NCBI RefSeq assembly: GCF_002327085.1
Contig: NZ_CP023429.1
Location: 2,004,383 to 2,036,382, forward strand
Direction: 5' to 3'
From: Neisseria weixii
GTDB taxonomy: Bacteria > Pseudomonadota > Gammaproteobacteria > Burkholderiales > Neisseriaceae
Length of the DNA stretch: 32,000 bases
The translations under genes were made by a program, and so were the position numbers. Shown piece after piece: positions 1-10,807 of the stretch; position 1 is the first letter of the stretch; every line of letters begins with the position of its first letter. The notes below the pieces were generated by a model. That model saw nothing but the letters and a program-made list of their open reading frames with translations. It was not told the DNA's origin and searched no databases.

Positions 1-151
1 CGTGACGACCGTCATCCACATAGCCGCGGTATGCTTTCACCATACTGGCTGTAGGGATAAAAGCAACGCTACGGCCTGCGGGATTGCCTGCAAACTCAGG
101 GAACAGCGCGGCAACATCGGCAAACGATGAGGTTAGAAACAGGTTGGGCAT
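1..151 (-). CDS. Peptidase E-like / S51-family protein, N-terminal 50 codons only (gene runs off the window)
   Basis: ATG at 151..149 with a GGAGGA RBS just upstream. Translation MPNLFLTSSFADVAALFPEFAGNPAGRSVAFIPTAS resembles N-termini of S51 dipeptidase-E-like proteins (recalled, not searched). Confidence 0.5.
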   Translation of the reverse strand, partial: MPNLFLTSSFADVAALFPEFAGNPAGRSVAFIPTASMVKAYRGYVDDGRH

Positions 152-270
152 GTGAATTCCTCCGTTTGTTTCGGACCTGTCTGTTTTCAGACAGCCTGTA
201 AAACGGCGGGTTGACAACCACCCTGTACAGCCCAATGCCGTCGTACATTAAAGTTCGTTTAAATATTTAT

Positions 271-1020
271 GGGGCTTAGGAAACAAAATCATCAAAAAGC
301 CTGATAAGCTCCTAATACTAATATGAAAACAAAAAATAAGTATCAAAAGTTCAGCAAAATTTCAGAGCAGAAGTTTAGAGAAATAATCCGCTGTTTCGCT
401 CTTGATTTGACCGCTTCCGATACCGCTAAAATGACCGGCATCAGTGTCCGCAGTATCAATTCTATTTTCCTGAAAATCAGACACAGGATTGCTGCTCTGT
501 GCGAACAAAGCTCACCACCGTCCGGGGTGGCCGAATTAGATGAATCTTACTTTGGCGCACGACGTGTCAGAGGTAAGCGCGGGCGCGGGCCTTCAGGTAA
601 ACCATCGTATTCGGCATACTGAAACGCAATGGTGTGGTCTATATGGAAATCGTTCCCGACGCTTCGAAAGCTTCACTAATCAAGGTTATACGTGGCCACA
701 TATCTGCTCACAGTAAAATCAATACTGACGGCTGGAAAGCATATGACGGTCTTGTCGATATGGGCCATGAGAAGCATTACCGTGTACATCACGATTCCAA
801 TGATTTTGCTCGCGGGAAGTAGCATATCAATGGTATTGAATCTTTTTGGAGTTATGCTAAGGGCCGTTTGACTAAATTCCATCGTATTTCCAAAGAGATG
901 TTTTATCTGCATCTCAAAGAAACGGAGTTTAGGTTTAACCATCGGCATGAAGATTTAGGTGAAATATTAATGAAGATGCTTCGAAATAACCCAATTTAAT
1001 ATTTTTGCTTCCTAAGCCCC
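271..1020 (+). mobile_element. IS1595-family insertion sequence (ISXO2/IS1016-like), about 750 bp
   Basis: Imperfect terminal inverted repeats GGGGCTTAGGAAAC (271-284) and GCTTCCTAAGCCCC (1007-1020) enclose a transposase reading frame. No clean target duplication seen. Confidence 0.75.
323..999 (+). pseudogene. IS1595-family DDE transposase, broken by one frameshift and one in-frame TAG
   Basis: ORFs 323-622 and 634-822 plus the in-frame continuation 823-999 (HINGIESFWSYAKGRL...FRFNH) together give the full ISXO2-like transposase. The frameshift is repaired by adding one A to the A3 run at 599-601. TAG at 820-822 is in frame. Confidence 0.75.
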
Positions 1021-1096
1021 TGTTTATTTATGTCAAATGCAATATTTTAATATTAGTATCAAAATAAAACCCTTCAAGCAAACAGGAATATTTTTA

Positions 1097-1130
1097 TTCA
1101 GACGGCCTTTTTATCAAAAGGCCGTCTGAA
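1097..1130 (-). terminator. Inverted DUS pair hairpin downstream of acnD
   Basis: TTCAGACGGCCTTTT / AAAAGGCCGTCTGAA arms immediately after the acnD stop codon. Confidence 0.6.
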
Positions 1131-1135
1131 TGTTT

Positions 1136-3738
1136 TTACGCTACCGCACCTTCCAAGAAATCTTGCGCGAAGCGTTGCAGCACGCCGCCGGCTTCGTAAA
1201 TCAACACCTCTTCGGCGGTATCCAAGCGGCAGGTAACCGGCACTTCTACTTTTTCACCGTTTCGGCGGTGAATCACTAAGGTCAAATCGCAGCGCGGTTC
1301 GCGTGTGCCGATGACATCGTAGGTTTCGGTGCCGTCCAAGGCCAGCGTGTGGCGGTTGGTGCCTTCTTTGAATTGGAGCGGCAACACACCCATGCCGATC
1401 AGGTTGGTACGGTGGATACGCTCGAAACCTTCGGCAACAATCGCTTCCACACCGGCCAAACGCACGCCCTTGGCTGCCCAGTCGCGGCTTGAGCCTTGCC
1501 CGTAGTCGGCACCGGCGATAATAATCAGCGGCTGTTTTCGGTTCATATAGGTTTCAATCGCTTCCCACATGCGCATTACCTGGCCCTCCGGCTCCACGCG
1601 GGCGAGCGAACCTTGCTTGGTGGTGCCGTCTTCGTTTTTCACCATCTCGTTGAAGAGTTTAGGGTTGGCGAAGGTAGCGCGTTGGGCGGTCAAATGGTCG
1701 CCGCGGTGGGTGGCGTAAGAGTTGAAGTCTTCTTCCGGCAAACCCATTTTCGCCAAATATTCACCAGCCGCACTGGTCGGCAGAATCGCGTTTGACGGCG
1801 ACAAGTGGTCGGTGGTGATGTTGTCAGGCAGAATCGCCAGCGGACGCATGCCTTTCAACGTACGCTCGCCTGCCAATGCACCTTCCCAATACGGTGGGCG
1901 GCGGATATAGGTCGACATCGGACGCCAGTCGTACAGCGGGCTAGGGGCACGCTCGGCAGCACCGGTATCGAACATCGGAATGTAAATATCGCGGAATTGC
2001 TGCGGCTTCACAAACCCGGCCACCACGGCATCAATTTCTTCGTCGCTCGGCCACAAGTCTTTCAGGCGGATTTTTTTGCCGTCTGCCACGCCCAATACGC
2101 CGTTTTCAATGTCGAAGCGAATCGAACCGGCAATCGCGTAGGCTACCACCAGCGGCGGAGAGGCTAAGAAAGCTTGTTTGGCATACGGGTGGATACGGCC
2201 GTCGAAGTTGCGGTTACCCGACAACACGGCGGTGGCATACAAATCGCGGTCGATGATTTCCTGTTGGATTTTCGGATCGAGCGCGCCTGACATGCCGTTA
2301 CAGGTGGTACAGGCAAAACCGACTACGCCGAAACCCAAAGCTTCCATTTCCGGCAGCAAACCTGCTTCTTTCAGATACACTTCTGCCACTTTCGAGCCGG
2401 GCGCAAATGAGGTTTTTACCCATGGTTTGCGTTTCAAGCCCAAGCGGTTGGCGTTGCGTGCCAGCAAAGCAGCGGCCACCACGTTGCGTGGGTTGGACGT
2501 GTTGGTACATGAGGTAATCGCCGCAATAATCACCGCACCATCCGGCATTTTGCCATCGGTCGGTTCTTCGTAAGGGGTGGCAATGCCTTTGGCAGCCAAA
2601 TCGGTGGTTGAGAAACGGGCGTGCGGATTCGACGGGCCGGCCATATTGCGGGTCACGGTCGACAAGTCAAGCTTCAACACACGCGGATATTCGGCGGTTT
2701 TCAGCGCTTCTGCCCACAAACCGGCGGTTTTGGCGTAGGTTTCCACCAATTTCACTTGTGCTTCGTCGCGGCCGGTCAGTTTCAGGTAATCAATGGTTTG
2801 CTGGTCGATGGCAAACATGGCGGCAGTCGCGCCGAATTCAGGGTCATGTTGGAAATGGTGGCACGGTCGCCAATCGACAGGCTGTCGGCGCCTTCGCCGA
2901 AGAATTCGACAAATGCACCCACCACGCGTTCTTTGCGCAAGAATTCGGTCAAAGCCAACACGATGTCAGTAGCGGTAATGCCCGGCTGGCGTTTGCCGGT
3001 CAATTCTACGCCGACAATATCCGGCAAACGCATCATCGACGCGCGTCCCAACATCACAGTTTCCGCTTCCAAACCACCCACGCCTACGGAAATCACGCCC
3101 AGCGCATCCACATGCGGCGTATGCGAGTCGGTGCCGACACAGGTATCGGGGAAAGCCACGCCGTTTTTCACTTGGATAACGGGCGACATTTTTTCCAGAT
3201 TGATTTGGTGCATGATGCCGTTGCCCGCCGGAATCACATTCACGTTTTCAAAGGCGGTTTTGGTCCAATTGATGAAATGAAAACGGTCTTCGTTGCGCCG
3301 GTCTTCGATTTCGCGGTTTTTGCGGAAAGCATCAGGGTCATATCCACCGCATTCCACCGCCAGCGAGTGATCGACGATCAACTGGGTTTGAACCACCGGA
3401 TTCACTTTGGACGGATCGCCGCCTTTTTCGGCAACCGCATCGCGCAAACCTGCCAAATCTACCAAGGCGGTTTGACCCAAAATATCGTGGCACACCACGC
3501 GCGCCGGATACCATGGAAAGTCAATTTCCTGTTTATTGTCAATCAATTGACCAAGCCAGCTTTGCAGCGTGGCCAAATCCACCTTGTCGGCGCGGTTGAC
3601 CAGGTTTTCTGCCAGAATGCGGCTGGTGTACGGCAGCTTGTCGTATGAGCCGGGGCGGATGTCTTCACACGCGGCACGTGCGTCGAAGTATTCCAGATTG
3701 GTATCAGGTAACGGTTTTTTATAGATTTGGTTAGACAT
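1136..3738 (-). CDS. acnD: Fe/S-dependent 2-methylisocitrate dehydratase AcnD (aconitase family). Split by a single-base frameshift as assembled, so it would be annotated as a pseudogene unless corrected.
   Basis: ORFs 2782-3738 ([23 protein letters not shown]...[10 protein letters not shown]) and 1136-2818 ([12 protein letters not shown]...) are contiguous aconitase sequence. The frame is restored by one extra G in GGG 2841-2843, giving ..[18 protein letters not shown]. Lies in a prp cluster. Confidence 0.85.
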
Positions 3739-3869
3739 GGTGATATCTCCAGTGATTTGTGTTTTTCTTCTGCTTGACTGCTTGGGGTTTCAGACGGCCT
3801 GCTTTAACTCCAAAGCCGTCTGAAAAAATAGTTTTATATGTCGGCAACCGCTTTCAGACGGCCTGCCCT

Positions 3870-4637
3870 TTATTTATACGCCACGATAAACATGCGCGGC
3901 AACGCCAGCAACACATTGCCATCATGTCGGCGCGGATAATGTCGGTTTAACTGCTCAATGTATGCCTGTATAAATTCGCCTTGTTGCGCTTGCTCCAAAC
4001 ACGCCAAATAAGGGCGTAATGCGGTGCTGGCAAACATATCGGCGATGGCGGCGGTATCCGGCAAAACGTGGTAATACACCGTGCGTCACACATCGACTTC
4101 GCAACCTTGTGCCGCCAGTAAATCATAATAACGATCCACATCCCACACCGGCGGACGGCTATCGGTGGCTTGGGTTAAATTTTTCCATTTGGGCAACGCG
4201 GCGGTGTCGCGCATAAGAAAGTGCGACGGCTCATCCAAATTATCCGGCATTTGCGCCGCCAACACACCGCCTTGATTTAACTGGCGAATCAGGTGCGGCA
4301 ACAGCGTTTGCGGGGTATCCGACCATTGCAGCGACGCATTGGCAAACACAATATCTTGCTGCATTTGCGGCTGCCAGTCGTGAAAATCCTGCAAAACAAA
4401 ACGGCAATCGGGTAACTTTTCCTGCGCGGCGGCAAGCATGGCAGGCGAACTGTCCACGGTAATTTCGGCTTGCGGCCATGCTTGGCGCAACAAAGCGGTG
4501 CTGCTGCCCGAACCGCAGCCCAAATCGGTTATCCGTTGCGCTTGAATGTCCGCAATCCGTGCCAACAATTCAGCTGGCGGGCGGTTGCGCTCTTTTTCAA
4601 AACGCTGATGGTGTTGCGGATTCCAATCTTTGCTCAT
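3870..4637 (-). pseudogene. tam: Trans-aconitate 2-methyltransferase Tam with an in-frame TGA
   Basis: ORFs 4086-4637 and 3870-4079 are in the same frame. They read ..GCEVDV-TGA-RTVYYHVLPD, where E. coli Tam as I recall it reads GCEVDIWRTTYYH. SAM-binding motif DLGCGSG is present. Confidence 0.75.
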
Positions 4638-4677
4638 GATGATTGCGCTTTAAGTTGGTTTCAGACGGCCTGTTTGA

Positions 4678-5019
4678 TTAACGGTGGGTTTTGGTGTAGG
4701 TGGTGCGAACCATGCCGCACAAATCCACGCTGATCTGTATGCTCGGTGCTTGTGCGGTCAATTTTTGCACGGTTTCGGCCAAGGCGCGGCTCAATTCGGC
4801 TTGGGCGCTTTCGCTGCGCCCTTCCAGCAAACGTAAGGTCAGATGGGCAAAGGCTTGTTTGGTGCCGCCGACCAAATACTCTGCTTGCTCATAGCGGCAC
4901 AGACGGATTTTCAAATCGTGTTCTTCAAACAAACCGCTGTTTAATAAGGTTTGGTGTAATTCAGGCAAGGCTTCTTGCGGCATTTCTACGCCGCCGTATT
5001 CAACGGTTAAATGAGGCAT
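4678..5019 (-). CDS. 5-carboxymethyl-2-hydroxymuconate isomerase-like tautomerase-superfamily protein (113 aa)
   Basis: Starts MPHLTVEY (Pro-1 after Met). Size and pattern are typical of the CHMI family. Confidence 0.6.
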   Translation of the reverse strand: MPHLTVEYGGVEMPQEALPELHQTLLNSGLFEEHDLKIRLCRYEQAEYLVGGTKQAFAHLTLRLLEGRSESAQAELSRALAETVQKLTAQAPSIQISVDLCGMVRTTYTKTHR

Positions 5020-5034
5020 TTTGTTATCCTTTTT

Positions 5035-5913
5035 TTATTTGTTCAGACGGCCTAACCATTTGCTGCCGAACACATGAATCAGCAAACCGGCCATCACCAC
5101 CACTATACCCGCCCAATGCCATGCGCCCAAGCGTTCGCCTAAGAAGATATAGCCGACCAGCAATGCAATCACCGGCACACACAGCGCAAACGGGGTAATC
5201 TTGCCTGCCGGATGACGCGAGAGCAAATCGCCCCACGCGGTGTAGCCGACCAAACTCGACACATAGGCCAAAAACAAAATGCTTGCTATGCCCCAGCCGC
5301 TGAGTGACAGCGTGTAAGAAACCAAACCATCGGCACCATACATCATCAAAGAAACGGCGGTAAATGCAACCAAAGCCGACCAACTGCCCCACACCACCAA
5401 TGAGAGCGGGTTCACCTGCCCGATGTATTTCACCACGATGTTGCCGACCGCCCAAGAAGCCGCCGCGCCAACTACCACCAGTAAAGCCACCAACGGCATA
5501 TTGCCTTGATATTGGCCGATGCCGATTAGCATCAGCCCCACCGCCGCAGCAAACATACCCAAAAGATGATGGCGCAACACCGGTTCACCCATCATCACAC
5601 CGGCCACCAAGACGGTGAGAAACACCTGAAGCTGCACCAGCAAGGCGGCCAAGCCCGTCGGCATACCCAATTGCAACGCGGTAAACATCAGCCCGAACTG
5701 GCCGAAGCTGATGGCTATACCGTAAAGCGCGAGCCAATACCAAGCGATTTTCGGCGGTTTAATGAAAAATACTGCCGGGAAAATCACCAATAAAAACCGC
5801 AACAAACCCAGCACCATCGGCGGCACATCGACCAGGGCGGTTTTCATAAAGAAAAAATTAATGCCCCAAATGCCGACCACAGCAGCCATCAGCAGCGCGT
5901 CTTTTGTGTTCAT
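5035..5913 (-). CDS. EamA/DMT-family inner-membrane transporter (292 aa)
   Basis: Intact ORF with about 10 hydrophobic segments and a duplicated EamA-like architecture. Sits between prpC and acnD, like the membrane protein of the neisserial prp cluster. Confidence 0.75.
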   Translation of the reverse strand: MNTKDALLMAAVVGIWGINFFFMKTALVDVPPMVLGLLRFLLVIFPAVFFIKPPKIAWYWLALYGIAISFGQFGLMFTALQLGMPTGLAALLVQLQVFLTVLVAGVMMGEPVLRHHLLGMFAAAVGLMLIGIGQYQGNMPLVALLVVVGAAASWAVGNIVVKYIGQVNPLSLVVWGSWSALVAFTAVSLMMYGADGLVSYTLSLSGWGIASILFLAYVSSLVGYTAWGDLLSRHPAGKITPFALCVPVIALLVGYIFLGERLGAWHWAGIVVVMAGLLIHVFGSKWLGRLNK

Positions 5914-5966
5914 GTGCCAATCTCTTGATGTTTTTATTATTATTTTAACTTATTCCGATCGATGTG

Positions 5967-6001
5967 TTCAGACGGCCTGTACACCTTTTAGGCCGTCTGA
6001 A
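5967..6001 (-). terminator. Inverted DUS pair hairpin downstream of prpC
   Basis: TTCAGACGGCCT (5967-5978) and AGGCCGTCTGAA (5990-6001). Confidence 0.55.
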
Positions 6002-6062
6002 AACCGATAGCCGATAAGCTGATTTCGCATTAAGGCACGAAAAGAGCTTATCGGCTTTTTGA

Positions 6063-7211
6063 TTAACGCTCGTCCAACGGCACGAACGGAATATCGTCGG
6101 GACCGGTGTAGTTCGCGCTCGGGCGGATAATCTTGCCGTCTTTGCGCTGCTCAATGGCGTGTGCTGCCCAACCGGTGGTACGCGAAATCACAAACAACGG
6201 GGTGAACATCGCAGTAGGTACGCCCAGTTTTTGGTAAGACACGGCAGAGAACCAGTCCAGATTCGGGAACATTTTCTTCTCTTCCCACATCACGCTTTCC
6301 AAACGTTCGGCAATATCAAACAGGCGCATATCGCCGGCTTCTTTGCTCAGGTCGCGCGCGACTTCTTTGATGACGACGTTGCGCGGGTCGGACACGGTAT
6401 ACACGGGGTGGCCAAAGCCGATGACGATTTCTTTGCGGCCGATGCGTTCGCGGATGTCGGCTTCGGCTTCGTCGGCGTTGCGGTAGCGTTTCTGGATGTC
6501 GTAGGCGACTTCGTTCGCGCCTCCGTGTTTCGGGCCTTTCAAGGCACCGATAGCGCCGGTGATGCAAGAGTACAAATCAGAGCCGGTACCGGCAATCACG
6601 CGGCTGGTGAAGGTTGATGCGTTGAATTCGTGTTCTGCATACAAAATCAAAGAAACATGCATGGCTTTTACTTGCGAAGGAGTCGGGCGCTTGCCGTGCA
6701 ATAGGTGCAGGAAGTGGCCGCCGACGGTTTCTTCTTCGCTCTCTACGCTGATGGCTTTGCCTTTGTGCGAGTAGTTGTACCAGTAAAGCAATACGCTGCC
6801 TAGGCAGGCCACCAGTTTGTCGGCAATGTCGCGCGCTTCGCTTTCCGGTTGGTTTTCACGCTCAGGGTGAACGCAGCCCAACATCGATACGCCTGTGCGC
6901 AATACGTCCATCGGGTGTGTGTGTGCCGGCAGGTTTTCCAGATTTTTAATCACGCGAATCGGCAGGCAGCGCAAAGATTGCAGTTTTTCTTTGTAGGCAG
7001 CCAATTCGTATTTGTTCGGCAGATGACCGTGAATCAGCAAGTGCGCCACTTCTTCAAATTCGCAATGCTCGGCCAAATCAAGAATGTCGTAACCGCGGTA
7101 GCTTAAGTCGTTACCGGTTTTACCGACGGTACACAGCGCGGTGTTGCCGGCCGCTACGCCCGATAGGGCTACGGATTTTTTAGGTTTGAAAGTTGGGGTC
7201 TCGGTTGTCAT
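6063..7211 (-). CDS. prpC: 2-methylcitrate synthase
   Basis: 382-aa intact ORF of the citrate-synthase family ([17 protein letters not shown] motifs), adjacent to prpB. Confidence 0.9.
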   Translation of the reverse strand: MTTETPTFKPKKSVALSGVAAGNTALCTVGKTGNDLSYRGYDILDLAEHCEFEEVAHLLIHGHLPNKYELAAYKEKLQSLRCLPIRVIKNLENLPAHTHPMDVLRTGVSMLGCVHPERENQPESEARDIADKLVACLGSVLLYWYNYSHKGKAISVESEEETVGGHFLHLLHGKRPTPSQVKAMHVSLILYAEHEFNASTFTSRVIAGTGSDLYSCITGAIGALKGPKHGGANEVAYDIQKRYRNADEAEADIRERIGRKEIVIGFGHPVYTVSDPRNVVIKEVARDLSKEAGDMRLFDIAERLESVMWEEKKMFPNLDWFSAVSYQKLGVPTAMFTPLFVISRTTGWAAHAIEQRKDGKIIRPSANYTGPDDIPFVPLDER

Positions 7212-7250
7212 GATGTTTCTCCTATTGATTGCTTTTTAATATGATTATTT

Positions 7251-7287
7251 TTCAGACGGCCTTTCCGCCGGGAACAGGCCGTCTGAA
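7251..7287 (-). terminator. Inverted DUS pair hairpin downstream of prpB
   Basis: TTCAGACGGCC (7251-7261) and GGCCGTCTGAA (7277-7287). Confidence 0.5.
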
Positions 7288-7318
7288 AATCCAACAACTT
7301 CTATTTCTACGGCTTTAT

Positions 7319-8197
7319 TTATTTTTGAAACAATTGATCTAATTTCTGCTCGAAATCATGGTAGCCCAAGTGTTCGTACAATTCCGCACGGGTCTGCATG
7401 GTATCGACCACATTGGCTTGCGTGCCGTCGCGCATAATCGCCTCATACACATTCAATGCCGCTTTGCTGGCTGCGCGGAAGGTGGAGAGCGGATACAGCA
7501 CCAGCTGCACGCCGTTTTCAGCCAATTCCTGCTGGGTGTAAAGCGGCGTTGAACCGAATTCGGTGATGTTGGCCAATATCGGCACTTTCACCGCATCAAC
7601 AAATTGTCTGTACATGCCCAATTCGGTCATCGCTTCTGGGAAAATCATGTCGGCGCCGGCTTCCACACAGGCTTGCGCACGCTCAATAGCCGAATCCAAA
7701 CCTTCTACCGCCAGCGCATCGGTACGCGCCATGATGACGAAGTTTTCATCCACACGCGCATCAACGGCGGCTTTAATGCGGTCAACCATCTCTTCTTTAG
7801 ATACGATGGCTTTGTTCGGACGGTGACCGCAACGTTTTTGCGCCACTTGGTCTTCAATGTGTACCGCAGCCACACCGGCACGCTCGAAATTGCGGATGGT
7901 GCGCGCAATGTTGAATGCACCGCCCCAACCCACATCAATATCCACCAGCAGAGGCGTATCCACATTATCGGTAATGCGGCGCGCATCAATCAGCACGTCT
8001 TCCATGGTGGTGATACCCAAATCCGGGATACCGTTAGAGCAGGCAGCCACGCCGCCGCCGGACAGATAAATCGCTTTAAAGCCGCTGTGGGTGGCCAAAC
8101 GGGCAAAATAAGCATTAACGCAGCCCACCACCGCCAACGGATTAGATTCTTGGACGGTTTGACGGAAACGCAGGCCAGCTGAAGCTTGGGTCATCAT
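7319..8197 (-). CDS. prpB: Methylisocitrate lyase
   Basis: Isocitrate-lyase/PEP-mutase family ORF (KRCGHRPNK motif). I place the start at ATG 8197..8195, which follows AGGAGG. The ORF-track start at 8218 is a GTG extension. Confidence 0.9.
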   Translation of the reverse strand: MMTQASAGLRFRQTVQESNPLAVVGCVNAYFARLATHSGFKAIYLSGGGVAACSNGIPDLGITTMEDVLIDARRITDNVDTPLLVDIDVGWGGAFNIARTIRNFERAGVAAVHIEDQVAQKRCGHRPNKAIVSKEEMVDRIKAAVDARVDENFVIMARTDALAVEGLDSAIERAQACVEAGADMIFPEAMTELGMYRQFVDAVKVPILANITEFGSTPLYTQQELAENGVQLVLYPLSTFRAASKAALNVYEAIMRDGTQANVVDTMQTRAELYEHLGYHDFEQKLDQLFQK

Positions 8198-8937
8198 TCT
8201 TCTCCTCCTATCAATCACATCGTTGTCAAATCAAGCTTTGATTGACTAAAATCATTTTCAATAAACAGTTAACATCTGAGTTTAATCCAACCGCAGCAAA
8301 CCCGGCTACTGCTTATTGAAAATTATTCAAGTTTTTTCAAGTTTTTTGGATTTTTAAAATCCCACAGACAGAAAGATACGGCGAGAGAATGAACCGATTT
8401 AACGTTTAACGCGTGACGGCTTTAACGGGCAACAAACCGAAAGCAGCGGCGGACAAAGAGAAGATTTCGTTGAAATGAAGAGGCGGCGGCAAAATCGCGC
8501 AGGAAATCATGGCGGGTTCCTTTGTATGATGTAGTTTCATGTAGTTTTTCTTTGATTTAAATCTAAGCCATAATTTTTTGTGTGTCAAATATTTTTTCAA
8601 CCCACTTGATAACTTTTATCGATTAAAAATAAACAACTTAATTAGAAACAGTCTGAACACAAACCAAATTAACGCATAACTCATTGTATTTTATTATTTA
8701 AAATCATTTAATTTATATATAATCGAAAGCAACGATTTTTTCGACTGATTCCAACAAATAATCGGTTAGGTTGTCGAGCGATTTTAAATACGTATCCCCT
8801 TTCAGTTAAATTCTGTTAATAAATACTTGAAACCGGCAACTATTTTTCAGGCGGCCTATTTGACGGATTTTTACTCTAAATAGCATTTTACTTGAATTAT
8901 TTTCATACAAAACCGTTTATTCAGTTGTTTATAACAA

Positions 8938-9044
8938 TATAGCCGCTGAAAATAGAAAGTAAGACAAGGCGACAGCGACCGCCGTGTACACCGAGTACAT
9001 AAGGTCGCGGCAACGCCGTATTATTTCTATTTTCAACGACTATA
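8938..9044. repeat. Correia-like miniature inverted-repeat element, short (107 bp) form, divergent termini
   Basis: Termini TATAGCCGCTGAAAATAGAAA (8938-) and TTTCTATTTTCAACGACTATA (-9044) are inverted repeats matching at 19 of 21 positions. Interior carries GACAAGGCGAC and GGCAACGCCGTA blocks resembling the meningococcal Correia element core (recalled). Confidence 0.55.
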
Positions 9045-9049
9045 AAAAC

Positions 9050-9083
9050 AGGCCGTCTGAAACATATTACTTTCAGACGGCCT
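9050..9083 (-). terminator. Inverted DUS pair hairpin downstream of the purine permease
   Basis: AGGCCGTCTGAAA / TTTCAGACGGCCT arms about 30 bp after the permease stop. Confidence 0.55.
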
Positions 9084-9110
9084 GTTTGAAGCATTTTCCA
9101 GCAGCGTAAA

Positions 9111-10424
9111 TCAGCCACCCATGTACCAGAATTTCAATGCCCACAATACGGCGACAATCCACACCATCGGCGGCACTTCTTTGGCACGGCCGCACAGTAA
9201 TTTAATCACCGCATAGCTGATAAAGCCCACTGCGATACCGTCTGCAATAGAGTAAGTAAACGGCATGGATACAATGGTTAAAAAGGCCGGGGCGGCTTCG
9301 GTAATGTCGTCCCAATCGATTTCGGTGGCGCTGCGCAACATCTGCGTGCCGACGTATAGCAAAGCCGGTGCGGTGGCAAAGGCCGGAACGCTTTGCGCCA
9401 ACGGTGAGAACACCAAACATGCCAGCATCAGCAAGCCGACCACGACGGCAGTCAAACCCGTGCGGCCACCCGCTGCCACGCCCGATGCACTTTCGATATA
9501 AGGCGTGGTTGACGACGTACCCAAAGCGGCACCGGCCACAATCGCGGTTGAATCAGCCAGCAAAGCGCGTTTCAGGCGCGGCAGTTTGCCGTCTGCCAAC
9601 AAGCCCGCACGGTGCGACACGCCGACCAAAGTGCCGGTGCTGTCGAACAAGTCCACTAAGAAAAACACAAAAATCACGCTGATCATGCTGACGGTGAACA
9701 AACCTTCAAAATCCATCTGCATAAAAGTAGGCGCAATGCTCGGCACACTGCCGACCACCCCTTTGAATTCGCTCAAGCCCATCAGACTGGACAACACGGT
9801 AATGCCCAAAATGGTGATGATAATCGCACCTTTAATGCGGAAGTGGCTCAACACGCACACCGCCGCAAAACCACCCAACGCCAGCAATACCGACGGCTGG
9901 TGAATATCGCCCATGCCGACCAGAGTGGCCGGATTGTCCACAATCACGCCCGCGCCTTTTAGCGCAATCAAGGCCAAAAACAGGCCGATACCGGATGCAA
10001 TCGACATTTTCAAGCCCATCGGTAACGCGTTCACCAGCATTTCGCGCACTTTAAACAGGCTGAAGAAGATAAAAATCAAACCCGACATAAACACCGCACC
10101 CAAAGCCACCTGCCAAGGCACACCCATACCTTTTACCACGGCAAAAGTGAAATAAGCATTCAAGCCCATGCCCGGAGCCAGCGCAATCGGATAATTGCCG
10201 ACAAAACCCATCACAAAACAACCGATGGCCGCAGCGATACAGGTGGCGACGAATACCGCGCCGACATCCATGCCCGCTTCGCCCAAAATCAAAGGATTAA
10301 CGATGATGATGTAACACATGGTCAGGAAGGTGGTTAAACCCGCCATCGCTTCCGTGCGCACATTGGTGCCGTTTTCGCGCAATTTGAAAATGCACTCAAA
10401 CATATTGTTATCTGAAGTATTCAT
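9111..10424 (-). CDS. NCS2-family (AzgA-type) adenine/guanine/hypoxanthine permease
   Basis: Intact ORF. The N-terminal FKLRENGTNVRTE..AGLTTFLTM motif and about 13 hydrophobic segments are typical of the family. Start placed at the first ATG (10424); the ORF-track start at 10439 is TTG. Confidence 0.85.
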   Translation of the reverse strand: MNTSDNNMFECIFKLRENGTNVRTEAMAGLTTFLTMCYIIIVNPLILGEAGMDVGAVFVATCIAAAIGCFVMGFVGNYPIALAPGMGLNAYFTFAVVKGMGVPWQVALGAVFMSGLIFIFFSLFKVREMLVNALPMGLKMSIASGIGLFLALIALKGAGVIVDNPATLVGMGDIHQPSVLLALGGFAAVCVLSHFRIKGAIIITILGITVLSSLMGLSEFKGVVGSVPSIAPTFMQMDFEGLFTVSMISVIFVFFLVDLFDSTGTLVGVSHRAGLLADGKLPRLKRALLADSTAIVAGAALGTSSTTPYIESASGVAAGGRTGLTAVVVGLLMLACLVFSPLAQSVPAFATAPALLYVGTQMLRSATEIDWDDITEAAPAFLTIVSMPFTYSIADGIAVGFISYAVIKLLCGRAKEVPPMVWIVAVLWALKFWYMGG

Positions 10425-10466
10425 GTTTATCTTTATCAAGAAAAGTTAGGGAAAAATTTGGGCGCT

Positions 10467-10497
10467 ATTATACTGAAATTCCTAGCACTTCGGTCAA
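10467..10497 (-). promoter_or_regulatory. Putative sigma-70 promoter of the permease gene
   Basis: On the minus strand, TTGACC (10497..10492), a 19-nt spacer, then TATAAT (10472..10467), about 45 nt upstream of the ATG. The spacer is at the long end of the usual range. Confidence 0.35.
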
Positions 10498-10514
10498 TTA
10501 AATCGGCTCGGGCC

Positions 10515-10656
10515 GAGACCTTTGCAAAACCCCGGATTTGAGTACAGTTCGAAGTGAGGGCAGCACAGAAAGCGCAGACATATCATCAAGACAGGCAAGC
10601 TTTCGGGCAGCGTATAACGAAGAAATGTGCCAAAGATGGGGATTTTGCAAAGATAC
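10515..10656. repeat. MITE-like remnant carrying IS1106-type termini
   Basis: GAGACCTTTGCAAAACCCC (10515-) matches the terminus of the IS1106-like element at 30097/31239. An inverted, degenerate copy GGGGATTTTGCAAAG lies at 10638-10652. Confidence 0.35.
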
Positions 10657-10807
10657 TACTATGAACGACAAGATGATATTTTCATTATTTTTGCAAGTTA
10701 CTGATTTCACATAACATTTAAATGTTAAATTTTTGCAAAGCGAACGCGGCTTAAGCTGTTTTTGCTTGACATTCGGACAAAGACAGCTTTGTTATTTTCT
10801 GCAAATG

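Noticed and set aside
2608-3648. Long plus-strand ORFs (346 aa, 219 aa and others) across 1.5-3.6 kb
   Set aside because: They lie antisense to the aconitase gene, are Arg/Gly/His-rich with low-complexity composition, and have no start context. These are typical shadow ORFs of GC-rich genes.
5024-5455. 143-aa minus-strand ORF overlapping the EamA transporter gene in another frame
   Set aside because: It lies entirely within a well-supported membrane-protein gene and has Arg/Gly-rich shadow composition.
8406-8600. 64-aa minus-strand ORF (and an internal 34-aa version) in the 0.9-kb AT-rich spacer upstream of prpB
   Set aside because: No family, a Lys-rich low-complexity N-terminus and poor start context. 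It may be non-coding regulatory DNA. Not supportable as a gene.
10425-10520. Looked for a purine riboswitch in the leader of the purine permease
   Set aside because: The leader is only about 45 nt after the putative -10 box and lacks the conserved three-way junction sequences.
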